Shown: positions 1 through 9,741 of the stretch, one piece after another
Position numbering within the stretch: the stretch's first letter is position 1
Layout of the letters: the number at the start of each line of letters is the position of its first letter
From: a virus
Taxonomy: Duplodnaviria; Caudoviricetes
IMG/VR virus record: IMGVR_UViG_3300025018_000093
Strand: one strand, 5' to 3'
Length of the DNA stretch: 64,000 nucleotides
Position numbers and translations under genes: made by a program
The notes under the pieces: model-generated
Told to the model about the DNA's origin: nothing
Database searches by the model: none
The model's input: the letters and a program-made list of their open reading frames with translations, nothing else

Positions 1-1
1 A

Positions 2-1057
2 GACGCGCTCACACTCGCTACGCCGTCTGTGATCGTTCCAGGAGCTGCCTCGGCTGGATCTGCAGCATCTTTTGTGCGCAGCGACCACCAGCACGGCATC
101 GGCACCGGGACTCCTGTAGCTGTAGGGACAGCAAATAGCGCAGGGTCGGGGACGGATGTATCGCTTGCCAATCATGTGCACGATCACGGATCGCAGACCG
201 TAGCTACTCACCATGCTGCGGTGACGACGTCAGCCAATGGATTCATGACGGCGGCGGATAAGACGAAGCTCGACGGTGTAGCTACGGGGGCAACGAATGT
301 GACCCTATCGAGCACAGCACCCGTCAACGTCACGAAGGCGACGGCGTCTGCCGGGGCGGCCACTCAGGCGGCAAGGCAGGACCACAAGCACGATATCTCC
401 ACGGCCACGGCTGTAGGCGTTCCACCCGGAACGGCAAATGCAGAGGGAGTGTCGGCCTCGCTTGCTCGCGCGGACCACACACACGCGGTGCCTGCTTATG
501 GGACTGTTGTGTCTACGATCTGCCAGGGAAACGATTCCCGCCTGTCAGACGATAGGACTGCGAGCGGGTTACGCACCGCGACGACTGTTGTGTCAGTTTC
601 GACAGCTACAGCACCCTCAGCGGGTCAAGTGCTTCAGGCGTCCAGCTCGACTTCCGCCGCCTGGGCTACGCCGGCCACGGTAGTCTTTGGGCAGGATTAT
701 CAGTACGCCGAGTCGCTTGCACGGTCAACGACCACCTCATCTGTTTTCCAAACCAAGGTGACGCTGACTACGCCGGCTCTAACGGGCACGTATAGGGTTG
801 CGTGGACGGCCGGGTACGGTATGGATTCCACGTCGAATAGGCGTATCGCGGCCAGGTTGTATAACAGCACGGATGCAGTCGAGCTGGACATCAAGTCGGT
901 AAGACCTTCGGTGACCACTGTCACAGAGTCGGCCGGAGGTTTCGCTCAGGTAACGTTCACGGGTTCGGCCAAGACGTTCTTGGTTCAGTTTAGAGCGCTT
1001 GACGGAACATCGGTCGCGATTGAGAATGCCCGCTTGGAGTTCTGGAGAGTCGCGTAG
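2..1057 (+). CDS. Tail/head fibre-like protein, 5' truncated by the window edge
   Basis: The frame is open from base 2 (DALTLATPSV...). Ala/Thr/Ser-rich with repeated DHxH motifs (SDHQHG, NHVHDH, QDHKHD, ADHTHA) typical of phage fibre repeats, then a beta-rich C-terminal domain. Confidence 0.65.
   Translation, partial: DALTLATPSVIVPGAASAGSAASFVRSDHQHGIGTGTPVAVGTANSAGSGTDVSLANHVHDHGSQTVATHHAAVTTSANGFMTAADKTKLDGVATGATNVTLSSTAPVNVTKATASAGAATQAARQDHKHDISTATAVGVPPGTANAEGVSASLARADHTHAVPAYGTVVSTICQGNDSRLSDDRTASGLRTATTVVSVSTATAPSAGQVLQASSSTSAAWATPATVVFGQDYQYAESLARSTTTSSVFQTKVTLTTPALTGTYRVAWTAGYGMDSTSNRRIAARLYNSTDAVELDIKSVRPSVTTVTESAGGFAQVTFTGSAKTFLVQFRALDGTSVAIENARLEFWRVA
802..1012 (+). repeat. 211-bp segment duplicated at 5254-5464 (donor copy)
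   Basis: Direct comparison gives 210/211 identity. The only mismatch is G824 vs A5276. Confidence 0.95.
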
Positions 1058-1079
1058 CGAGAAGGATTGGGAGTAAGCT

Positions 1080-2141
1080 ATGGCCGTCAAGTATACCTAT
1101 TCGATTCAGAGCGATTTTCCTCAGCACGCTGTCTCCCCGGATCGGCTGTTGAAGGAGGTGCGGGACAGTGCTGTGACAATCGCGCTGGACTACATAAACT
1201 CCGACGCGACCTCCTGTGATCTGTGGTTTAAGGCGGACCTTCCGACAGCAGACAAGAGCCTGCTCGACTCCCTGGTTGCGGCACACTCAGGAGAGCCGTT
1301 GCCGGACGAAGCACTGGCCGTGGTGCTGCCGGGTACTCAGGAACTCGACCACGCGACACTCGTGTCCCTGTCCCCTAGACAAGGAACAGAGGTTGTCCGG
1401 GCGACGCATAATCTCTGCGATGCCACGACGTGGTGGGAGGGGTCGACTCGTGTAGAATCCGAGGTGTTGACGGACTCGGGGGACGGGCTCCGCTGGGTGT
1501 CTCAGCATCCTGTGTGGATTGATTTGGACCATGGGAAGATATACGAGGAAGAGCAGATTGTTGAAGAGTACCGCCCCGTCATATCGGTCGACGGAGTCGA
1601 GGCAACGGACTACGTTATTGACTACCAGACGGGTGACGTGACGTTTGCGACGTCGAAAGCCGGGCAGATTGTGACCGCGACCTACAACTACGCGGTTACG
1701 TCGACGTGGACTCTTGTTCCCTACCCAGGGAAGATCCTATGCGTCGAGCAGGCGGAGATTCAGCTCAGCGCTGACATTCAGATGGACAGCCCGTTCGTGT
1801 TGGAGCTGCACGGGTACGTCGACGTTTTTGCGCCGGAAATGGCCGAGAGCAACGGAGGCCCGGTTCCGAACGGAACGAAGATCAAGCTCGGCGCGGCGGT
1901 GTACAAAACCGTGGCTCAGATTATTGACGAGGCCAAGGGCAGCTATCCTCCGATACCTCCTATTGGCGGGTCGATTGGCGGCACACAAAACACGTTCTAC
2001 GTGTTTCCGTTTGTCTACCTAGCTACCAAGGAGCTTAGGGCTTCATATGGCATGGAGTACCATGTCTACGTACTAGGTGACACAGTGTACGGCGGGGAGA
2101 GAGCTACGGCGACGTTCTATTGCGTGTGCCGAGACGAATAG
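1080..2141 (+). CDS. Putative virion structural protein (353 aa)
   Basis: Long ORF with SD (GGGAG), located between structural genes. Contains a DYQTGDVTF beta-strand motif seen in phage baseplate/fibre proteins. Confidence 0.55.
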   Translation: MAVKYTYSIQSDFPQHAVSPDRLLKEVRDSAVTIALDYINSDATSCDLWFKADLPTADKSLLDSLVAAHSGEPLPDEALAVVLPGTQELDHATLVSLSPRQGTEVVRATHNLCDATTWWEGSTRVESEVLTDSGDGLRWVSQHPVWIDLDHGKIYEEEQIVEEYRPVISVDGVEATDYVIDYQTGDVTFATSKAGQIVTATYNYAVTSTWTLVPYPGKILCVEQAEIQLSADIQMDSPFVLELHGYVDVFAPEMAESNGGPVPNGTKIKLGAAVYKTVAQIIDEAKGSYPPIPPIGGSIGGTQNTFYVFPFVYLATKELRASYGMEYHVYVLGDTVYGGERATATFYCVCRDE

Positions 2142-2152
2142 CGGAGGGAAGC

Positions 2153-3067
2153 ATGAGAGCACTTGTCTTGTCCGGTGGTGGTGTGAAGGGTGCTTATCAG
2201 GTGGGGGCAATCTCTCACTTGGTTGGGAGGCTGCGGCGGCACTATCCTATCGTGTGCGGCGTGTCTGTTGGGGCTATCAACGCGGCTCACCTAGCCCAGT
2301 ATGCTAACGGGTACGAGAGTGACGCATCCGACCAGCTGTTGAAGCTATGGCACTCCCTCACGACGGGCAAGGTGCACAAGCGCTGGTTTCCCTTCGGCCG
2401 GCTCCACGGGCTATGGAAGCCGTCGCTGTACAACAGTGCTCCATTGCGCGCGTTCCTGGAGCAGCATCTAAAGACAGATACTATCCTCGACTCAGGCAAG
2501 AAGCTACGCCTTGGTGCTGTGTCCCTCGACACCGGGGAGTACACGGCCTTCACTGAGGCTTGCGGAGACTTGGTCGGGGCAGTACTGGCTTCGGCATCGT
2601 TTCCGGGGATGCTGCTGCCTATCCATCTTGTCGGCACGTCGGCCACAGACCTATACACGGATGGAGGGGTGAAGAACGTCACTCCGCTGGCGGATGCTAT
2701 CAGGCTTGGGGCTACTCATATCGACGTCGTTCTAACTGCTCCGAAGGATAACCGGTACACGCGGCTGGCGAAGCCGAACGCTGTTGACGTGTTGATGCGC
2801 AGTGCCGAGCTAATGAGTGACGAGATCATCGAGAACGATCTGCGCGTGTGTCGTTCAGGGAATCGGAGAGCGGAGCTGGGGGAGATCGGCATGAGGCATA
2901 TCGAACTCACGGTCATACGGCCTGAGATCCCCTTATGCGAGGATTCGCTGCGGTTTGATCCTAAAGAAATCGCTGATATGATCGCTAAGGGCGAGGCGGA
3001 CGCCGCTACGGCTACGGGCGAGGTGGACGCCGCTACGGCTACGGACGCCGCTACGGCTACGGAATAG
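2153..3067 (+). CDS. Patatin-like phospholipase
   Basis: Start ATG 2153 after GGAGGG. Motifs: LVLSGGGVKG glycine-rich loop, GVSVG nucleophile elbow, ASASFPG, and catalytic DGG. Confidence 0.92.
   Translation: MRALVLSGGGVKGAYQVGAISHLVGRLRRHYPIVCGVSVGAINAAHLAQYANGYESDASDQLLKLWHSLTTGKVHKRWFPFGRLHGLWKPSLYNSAPLRAFLEQHLKTDTILDSGKKLRLGAVSLDTGEYTAFTEACGDLVGAVLASASFPGMLLPIHLVGTSATDLYTDGGVKNVTPLADAIRLGATHIDVVLTAPKDNRYTRLAKPNAVDVLMRSAELMSDEIIENDLRVCRSGNRRAELGEIGMRHIELTVIRPEIPLCEDSLRFDPKEIADMIAKGEADAATATGEVDAATATDAATATE
2989..3060 (+). repeat. Tandem repeat (27+27+18 bp) encoding DAATAT units at the patatin C-terminus
   Basis: ggacgccgctacggctac occurs three times. Confidence 0.9.
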
Positions 3068-3077
3068 GGAGGAAGAG

Positions 3078-3509
3078 ATGGGATGGGCTGCTACAGCGGA
3101 GCTTAGTGTTAAGGTCTTGGACGTAGAACTGGTGTCAGGCCAAGAACCTGACAATGCCGAGGATTTCGCGACAGACGTGTACGTGACTTTTGAGTTGACA
3201 TGAGTCGATGTGGCTCGACTTCTGGGTGTGCAGTACCGTACGCTCGACAAACACTCTGTAAAGAGGACCGAGCGACAGTGGCTACATGCCTTGCAGGATG
3301 GTAAGTATGCAACAGATGTGCTTAGGGCTCTCAAGCCCTACGTGAAAAAGGAAGTGTACTCATACTGCCTGGATGAGTTTGGCGAGCGTCCTCGGGGACT
3401 GGATCTGGAGTGGGCAGATACTTTTGATTCGAGCATACATTCCGTGGTGTATGACACCCGGAAAGAAAGGCTACATGTGGCTATCGAGGTGAGTGCTTTG
3501 GCGGACTAG
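3078..3509 (+). pseudogene. Hypothetical gene interrupted by one in-frame TGA (3201-3203), or two adjacent small ORFs
   Basis: ATG 3078 (good SD) gives a 41-aa ORF. The same frame continues after the TGA (FELT*VDVARLLGV...) to 3509. The downstream GTG at 3210 has no SD. Confidence 0.5.
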
Positions 3510-3553
3510 TTTCGGTGGGAGACGCCAGGCGTACCTGCGCGGAGTAAGGGTAG

Positions 3554-4270
3554 ATGGAATTCTTCATTGCAGAGTCTTCTGACACCTCAATCCCCTTGAA
3601 TCTGACTCTGGAGCAGGAGGGGGTTGGTGGCATCACGGGGAAGAGTCCGACTGTGGCTCTGCGAGATGGGTCCACTTCCAGTTCGTACTTTGACTGGGCG
3701 GATGGTCTGTTCAAGACGTCTGGGTGGACTATGAAGAACGCAGTGATGGCAGAGGTGGGGAACGGCCACTACATCTACATCTTGAATGCTGCTGTGGCCG
3801 GGACAATCATCCCTGGGTTGGTCCTGGTTGCAGAGTTTCATGTGGATGACGGCAGCTCAGTGATCGGAGTTGACCACGACACGATTCGCATCGTTGCCTC
3901 AATTGATGACATCCCTGGGGATATCAGTGGAGGTGGCGGGACTGGTGGGGTCCTCGTGGTGAATGGGGAAGTCTACAACTTCAACGAGTGGGTGACTGAG
4001 ATCACCCTCCCGCAGTCGGGAACGCAAGCGCAGCGCCTCATCGAGTTCGACACTGAAACAAGAGGGTTTGGAAAAGTCTACATTGAGTCCAATCTCTCCG
4101 TGATCTACGTGCAGTTCGGAGACTTGACTGTAAACGCTGATTCTTCTATCGCCTCGATTAGGTTGGTGGGTGGTGCCCCTTGGGCAATTGCCACAAGAGG
4201 CCACACTCATATGTCCGTGTACGCCTCCGCAGATATCTCCATCCGTGTGCGGGGGCTTGTTCCTGTGTAG
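3554..4270 (+). CDS. Hypothetical virion-associated protein (238 aa)
   Basis: ORF with SD. Beta-rich, with a Gly linker (GGGGTGG) separating two domains. Confidence 0.6.
   Translation: MEFFIAESSDTSIPLNLTLEQEGVGGITGKSPTVALRDGSTSSSYFDWADGLFKTSGWTMKNAVMAEVGNGHYIYILNAAVAGTIIPGLVLVAEFHVDDGSSVIGVDHDTIRIVASIDDIPGDISGGGGTGGVLVVNGEVYNFNEWVTEITLPQSGTQAQRLIEFDTETRGFGKVYIESNLSVIYVQFGDLTVNADSSIASIRLVGGAPWAIATRGHTHMSVYASADISIRVRGLVPV
3889..4009 (+). repeat. 121-bp segment duplicated at 5969-6089 (donor copy)
   Basis: Identical by direct comparison. Confidence 0.95.
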
Positions 4271-4362
4271 GCCGCGCTACTCGTTCTATACAGATCCCTT
4301 GATAGTAGATGGGCTCGTCTTGAGCCACCATTCGAGGTTGACCCCACAAAGAGGAGCACAAG

Positions 4363-5055
4363 ATGGGCGCAGATACTCGGTACATCGTTGTTCGCCGTAC
4401 AGACATCCCGAATGGGACGCTGCAGGTTCTGGATCTTTCACCCAATGAGTCGCAGCGGAACTTGGTTTATGATCCCCCAGGTCAGACCAAGTATCTCAAC
4501 CGATTCCAGAATGACACCGTGCTCACGGTGGTCGGGAGTGGCGGTTCGATTCGGGCTCGCGGTGACTTGAAGGGCATTGGAGCGTACCTGATCGACCATG
4601 TGGAAGCTGGCGGTCTCGGGGCAGGCGTGGCTGCTTTCACGGCGACACAAGCCAACGCTGCCGCTGCAGCTCTCGTGGCCATTGCGAATGCGGGGACGGC
4701 TCTGACGCTCATCACTGTCAATGCGGCTCTCTCTGGCATCGTGGCACTTACAGAGCTGACCAACGCCGGCCTTTCGGCTTCCACGGGTTCGCTGGAAGAG
4801 CTTCTGCGTATCATGGCAGGGGCCGAGTACATTGTCCCGAACGGGTCCCTCCTGGACACGAATGGCTCCACGTTTAACCCCATCGTCAGTGGTAGCTTCT
4901 CGGCGGGCGTCGAGCGTGAGGTCTTCGCGACAGGCTACTTCATGCTCTCCCTGAATGGGGGTGAGCTGGCGGAACTCAAGAGCAGCCAGTTCACGTACAA
5001 GGGTGTGACCGGGGCAGCCGTCGCTATCTATAGCAACACGGGCGCTGTGCTCTGA
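4363..5055 (+). CDS. Hypothetical structural protein (230 aa)
   Basis: ATG after GAGGAG. Ala/Gly-rich protein in the structural cluster. Confidence 0.65.
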   Translation: MGADTRYIVVRRTDIPNGTLQVLDLSPNESQRNLVYDPPGQTKYLNRFQNDTVLTVVGSGGSIRARGDLKGIGAYLIDHVEAGGLGAGVAAFTATQANAAAAALVAIANAGTALTLITVNAALSGIVALTELTNAGLSASTGSLEELLRIMAGAEYIVPNGSLLDTNGSTFNPIVSGSFSAGVEREVFATGYFMLSLNGGELAELKSSQFTYKGVTGAAVAIYSNTGAVL

Positions 5056-5253
5056 TCTACCCTCGCGACTTCGCATCGAAATGAGGTCTGACATGAGTGG
5101 CAAGGACACTTTCGAGACAGGTGGCCTGTACTTTGCCGCATATCTGAAAGCAGCTAGAATTCCTTGGAAGGGTTGTCTGCCAGACAACCGGGATGGTCGC
5201 AGGGGGAGGATGAAGTTCGTCTTCGAGAACTCTGAGGAGATCCCACAGCTCCA

Positions 5254-5464
5254 GTGGACGGCCGGGTACGGTATGAATTCCACGTCGAATAGGCGTATCG
5301 CGGCCAGGTTGTATAACAGCACGGATGCAGTCGAGCTGGACATCAAGTCGGTAAGACCTTCGGTGACCACTGTCACAGAGTCGGCCGGAGGTTTCGCTCA
5401 GGTAACGTTCACGGGTTCGGCCAAGACGTTCTTGGTTCAGTTTAGAGCGCTTGACGGAACATCG
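5254..5464 (+). repeat. Copy of 802-1012 (fibre C-terminal domain), fused in frame to the 5093 ORF
   Basis: 210/211 identical. The translation WTAGYGMNSTSNRRIAARL... is in the native frame of the donor gene. Confidence 0.95.
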
Positions 5465-6170
<706 letters not shown>

Positions 6171-6180
6171 GGCTTCCCTG

Positions 6181-7125
6181 TTGAATCCGAACCACATCCG
6201 GAAGGCTTGGCTCGCTGTGAATGTGCAGGATCCCTGGCACAACATTCGGGAAGCTTGCAAGCAAGCGCTTCTCCTGGAAGATCACCTCTTCCACCCAGCG
6301 AAGTATTGCGAAGATTGTATCAGCAAGCATCTCCTGATGATGGAAGCTCTCCTTGAGGAAGCCGTCACCCTGGACGTGTCAGGAAGCCTCCAGAAGCTCC
6401 TAGGAAGCCTTCTGACGCGCGTGCTGACCTACCAGGTACTTTGGGCCTCCGGTCGCGCGGACGCGCGTCAGCTTGCCCAGGCGTTGCGCAAATGGCGCAA
6501 GGGGATCTGCGCGCAGGTCCTCCGCCCTCGAACGGTACACACTTCGCGTGTGGCTTCTACAGAAGCTGCTCGAAACACTGCCCTGAACCTCATTGAAGAA
6601 TCTCCCGGGAAGTCGTTTGAAAGCCTGGCGAAGACGGTACGTCAGCACGCCCAGTACCTGCGGGACCCTGTTACTCGGCAACGTGTTGACGCGGAAGATG
6701 TGGTCGAGGAGTTGGCCAAGTTGATGGGTGAGGAAGAGGTCTCGGAGGAAGACAAGCTACCTGGGGGGTACATCACGGTCTATCACGCCACGGACAGGAG
6801 CACCGCGCAGGAGTTCCTGAAGCGAGGCGCTATCCCCGAAATGAAGCCCCGACCCCGAGTCCCGATGGAGTACGCTCCGGGGAGGGGTGTTGACGTGGGT
6901 CTTTACGTGGGTCACTCTGCGAAGGCAGTGGATTCCTACGGCCCTGTGGTGCTCTCTGTGGCTGTTCCAAAGAAGTGGCTGGAAGTGCCCACAGAACTGT
7001 CCCAGTTGGGCTACAAAGACCCACTGAGGGCTCTACACGAGCATGACGGGGCCATCATCAAGAAACGTATCCCAGCTTCGGCCTTCAAAGTCGTTTTGGG
7101 GAAAGTTGGAAGGAGTGCAGCATGA
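6181..7125 (+). CDS. Two-domain protein: CxxC-containing helical N-domain plus ADP-ribosyltransferase-like C-domain
   Basis: N-terminus HNIREACKQALLLEDHL...YCEDCISKH. C-terminus ITVYHAT...GRGVDVGLYVGHS...YGPVVLSVAVP resembles ART-fold strands. TTG start is uncertain. Confidence 0.55.
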   Translation: MNPNHIRKAWLAVNVQDPWHNIREACKQALLLEDHLFHPAKYCEDCISKHLLMMEALLEEAVTLDVSGSLQKLLGSLLTRVLTYQVLWASGRADARQLAQALRKWRKGICAQVLRPRTVHTSRVASTEAARNTALNLIEESPGKSFESLAKTVRQHAQYLRDPVTRQRVDAEDVVEELAKLMGEEEVSEEDKLPGGYITVYHATDRSTAQEFLKRGAIPEMKPRPRVPMEYAPGRGVDVGLYVGHSAKAVDSYGPVVLSVAVPKKWLEVPTELSQLGYKDPLRALHEHDGAIIKKRIPASAFKVVLGKVGRSAA

Positions 7126-7613
7126 GTCTGAAAGGAAGTATTATTCGCCTCGCGTACCAGCGCCCTGCTCTGCGGAAGCACCTGCTTCCGTTGGTCTCGG
7201 AGAAAACCGCTGCGGAAGAGGTTCCCCTGGATGTTCAGGATTTCTTGCTCCGCATAGAGCGCACGGTGAAGAGGTACTTTCCGAGGGGGCACTTCGGTAT
7301 CCGAGCTGCTAAGGGGTTGGCGAACAGCTACGACATCTACATGGTGACCGCGACGCTCCCCAAGGGAAAGCAGCCTAACGGAATCATGCAGAATGACCCA
7401 TCGTTCAACACCTTCTGGATGTTTGGAGCCTACACCCCAGAGAGGGGTATGAATCCAAAGATCAAAGTCGAGATGTCGCAGGGTGGGAAGCTCTACAGTC
7501 CGAATGCCTTCAAGGCACAAAAGATTGGGTGGCGGGACAAGACCGGCACACCCGCACAGATTATCGCCCACTTCGACCGCTACTATGCCACGCTCGCGTC
7601 CATGGTGGAGTGA
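7122..7613 (+). CDS. Hypothetical protein with N-terminal IRLAYQ motif (putative internal head protein)
   Basis: ATGA overlap with the upstream gene. Begins SLKGSIIRLAYQRPALRKHLLPLV. Confidence 0.75.
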   Translation: MSLKGSIIRLAYQRPALRKHLLPLVSEKTAAEEVPLDVQDFLLRIERTVKRYFPRGHFGIRAAKGLANSYDIYMVTATLPKGKQPNGIMQNDPSFNTFWMFGAYTPERGMNPKIKVEMSQGGKLYSPNAFKAQKIGWRDKTGTPAQIIAHFDRYYATLASMVE

Positions 7614-7628
7614 GGTGCGAGTTGTTAG

Positions 7629-7967
7629 ATGGCCAGTAAGTTTCATCCGGGAATTGAGATCCAACGTGCGGACATCCGCGTGTTTTTCACATACGATTGC
7701 GGGTCCCGGAGGAACGTTTGCGAGATCACCTATGCGCTTTACTATGTGGACCCCGGTCCACCAGAGGCAGAGGTTCTCATTGGGAGCCCACAGCGAACTC
7801 CTGTGAATCCCGAGGTGGGGGAGTATCACCCAGCGCTGTTCCTACCACTCAGTGCTGCTGTTGGATGGTACAGGCTCCGTTGGGTCTTTCGAAAGTCCCC
7901 AGAGTCCTTGCCTGAGCAAATTGTGATGCAGTTTCAAGTGGTGAGAAAGCTTCGGAGTCACGCATGA
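7629..7967 (+). CDS. Paralog of the N-extein domain of the downstream split gene (112 aa)
   Basis: Aligns end to end with aa 1-106 of the 7964 ORF (EITYALYYVDPGPPExEVLIG...QRTPVNPExGEY). Confidence 0.85.
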   Translation: MASKFHPGIEIQRADIRVFFTYDCGSRRNVCEITYALYYVDPGPPEAEVLIGSPQRTPVNPEVGEYHPALFLPLSAAVGWYRLRWVFRKSPESLPEQIVMQFQVVRKLRSHA

Positions 7968-8461
7968 CAATTCAATTCAATCCCGGAAGTGAGGTGCAAC
8001 GTGGGGATCTCTGCGCGTTCTTTCAGGATGCTTGTGGGTCCCGGACGAACATCTACGAGATCACCTATGCGCTCTACTACGTGGACCCCGGTCCCCCGGA
8101 GACAGAGGTTCTTATCGGGGCTGCACAGCGGACACCTGTGAATCCTGAGATGGGGGAGTACTACGCAGCACTGTACATCCCCCCGGACGCCATCGTGGGG
8201 AGCTATCGCATTCGGTGGACCTTCAAGGAAGCGAATGATGTTTCTCCTGCACAGGAGATCGTCATGGAGTTCCAGGTCGTGGCCAATGAGGCAACTCTGG
8301 GATGCCATTACAGTGCCTGCGTCCGGGAGCTGATGCGTCGGTTGCGCATTCACCTCCGAGATCAGTGTGTTGCTGGAGAGGAGTTGGTTGAAGTGATGGT
8401 CCACGGGGAGAAAATTGTGCTCCGAATGGACGAGCTTTGGGAGCTGACAAATGTCGAGTGA
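7964..8461 (+). CDS. N-half of a fractured head/neck structural gene: N-extein (aa 1-134) plus split-intein N-fragment
   Basis: Ends ...LRIHLRDQ|CVAGEELVEVMVHGEKIVLRMDELWEL-TNVE, an intein block A starting with Cys at 8366. Confidence 0.85.
   Translation: MTIQFNPGSEVQRGDLCAFFQDACGSRTNIYEITYALYYVDPGPPETEVLIGAAQRTPVNPEMGEYYAALYIPPDAIVGSYRIRWTFKEANDVSPAQEIVMEFQVVANEATLGCHYSACVRELMRRLRIHLRDQCVAGEELVEVMVHGEKIVLRMDELWELTNVE
8366..8458 (+). mobile_element. Split intein N-fragment (IntN, 31 aa)
   Basis: C1, then a block-A-like hydrophobic pattern and an 'IVLRMDELW' strand-helix typical of the intein N-terminus. Stop codon follows after 31 aa. Confidence 0.8.
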
Positions 8462-9356
8462 ACCACATTCTGTGTTGCTACCTTTGTTTGCGGAGCACGA
8501 TATCTCTTATGAAGTATTTCGTAAGAAGAGGAGACCTCCTCTGGGGATTCGGGAAAAAAGAGCTGCTATCGTGACCTGTCTACATCAACAGGGGTACTCG
8601 TGGTCTGAGATGATTTCAGTTACGGGCTTGTCTCAGGGGGCAATTCAAAGACTGACACAGGCCAAGGGTTGCGCCGCAGTACAGGAGAAGCTGAGGCTCC
8701 TGGGAACAGAGGTCGGGAAGTCCTGGAAAAGTCGCAAAAGACCAGGCCAACTTGAGCGGCAGTGGGAGACAGGGGTATTTGACCACCTTCGCGGACGTAA
8801 GCGTCCTGTCTGGGAGAGGGAGTGTTTGAAGGACTCTTGGACCCCAGAAAGAAGAGATGCCCAAGCTGTGCGTAGTTCTGAGACTGTATGGGGGGTCGAG
8901 GAAGTTCGAAATCGGATTCTGGCTTTCCACCGTTCTCCCGAAGAAAGGGCGCGGCGTTCTCGTCTTCAAACTCAGCGTATGCAAGAGAACCCTGTGAAGT
9001 ATCTTCGCGGGAAGGGTGGTTGGGTAGAAACTCCCAAGGGCGATAAAGATCAGGTTTTTGTGCGAAGTTCTTATGAGAGGGCGGCAATTTCTCTGCTAGA
9101 AGAGGACCCTCTGGTTATCAGTTACCAATTTGAGCCTCGATTTGTTCTTCTCAATGGTAAGTGGATACTTCCCGATTTCTTGGTACTTCCAAACCAGCCT
9201 CCCCACATACTCATCGAGGTGAAGGCTTCCTGGGTTTTGAAGCAAGCCCCCGATACAAAAGTACAACAGAGACTCCGTGCTGCTCAGAGCGTAGCTTCCG
9301 AAAGAGGCTGGAGCTTTGAGGTCTGGACGGAAGAGGAGTTGGCAGATGCTCTCTGA
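8451..9356 (+). CDS. Free-standing homing-endonuclease-like protein: HTH + TnsA N-terminal-like PD-(D/E)xK nuclease
   Basis: N-terminal HTH (GYSWSEMISVTGLSQGAIQRL). C-terminal RSSYERAA...YQFEP...PDFLV...LIEVK. Overlaps both flanking genes by 11 nt. Confidence 0.85.
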   Translation: MSSEPHSVLLPLFAEHDISYEVFRKKRRPPLGIREKRAAIVTCLHQQGYSWSEMISVTGLSQGAIQRLTQAKGCAAVQEKLRLLGTEVGKSWKSRKRPGQLERQWETGVFDHLRGRKRPVWERECLKDSWTPERRDAQAVRSSETVWGVEEVRNRILAFHRSPEERARRSRLQTQRMQENPVKYLRGKGGWVETPKGDKDQVFVRSSYERAAISLLEEDPLVISYQFEPRFVLLNGKWILPDFLVLPNQPPHILIEVKASWVLKQAPDTKVQQRLRAAQSVASERGWSFEVWTEEELADAL

Positions 9357-9741
9357 TGCGCAAAAAGAAAAGATCACTCGGGCCTTCCAGGAGAAGGCAT
9401 TGTGTGTAAGGTCTGTCTCTCCCGAGGGGCATTCCGAGTGGAAACGGGTTGTCCAGACGCATCGTGCTGAAGTGCCCTGGGAGGATATTTTTGAAGCAGA
9501 AACGGAGGGAGGGTCCTTTACTCTTACACGGGGACATCGTGTTTTCGTGACTCCTGTCGTAAAGGAGTCCATGGAGGACTTGAAAGAAGGTAGCACGGTT
9601 ACAGGTGTCCGAGAGGGAAAGGTAGTCGAGATTCCCCTTCGGGGTGTCAAGAGAGTGGCTTACCGCAGGTTCATGTATGATCTAACAGCGGAGGATTGGC
9701 ACAACTTTGTGCTGCATACCTCCGGTGTCCTGATCAGCAAC
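9346..9741 (+). mobile_element. Split intein C-fragment (IntC, 132 aa)
   Basis: TxxH block B, block F Asp, terminal Asn (9739-9741), +1 Ser. The penultimate residue is Ser rather than the usual His. Confidence 0.88.

Noticed and set aside
5254-5464. Diversity-generating retroelement template repeat for the fibre C-terminus (the copy has A where the gene has G, AAT vs GAT)
   Set aside because: There is only one mismatch, no reverse transcriptase or Avd gene in the window, and the copy is embedded in a patchwork with a second, mismatch-free duplication. An RT elsewhere in the genome plus A-specific read variation at 802-1012 would reopen this.
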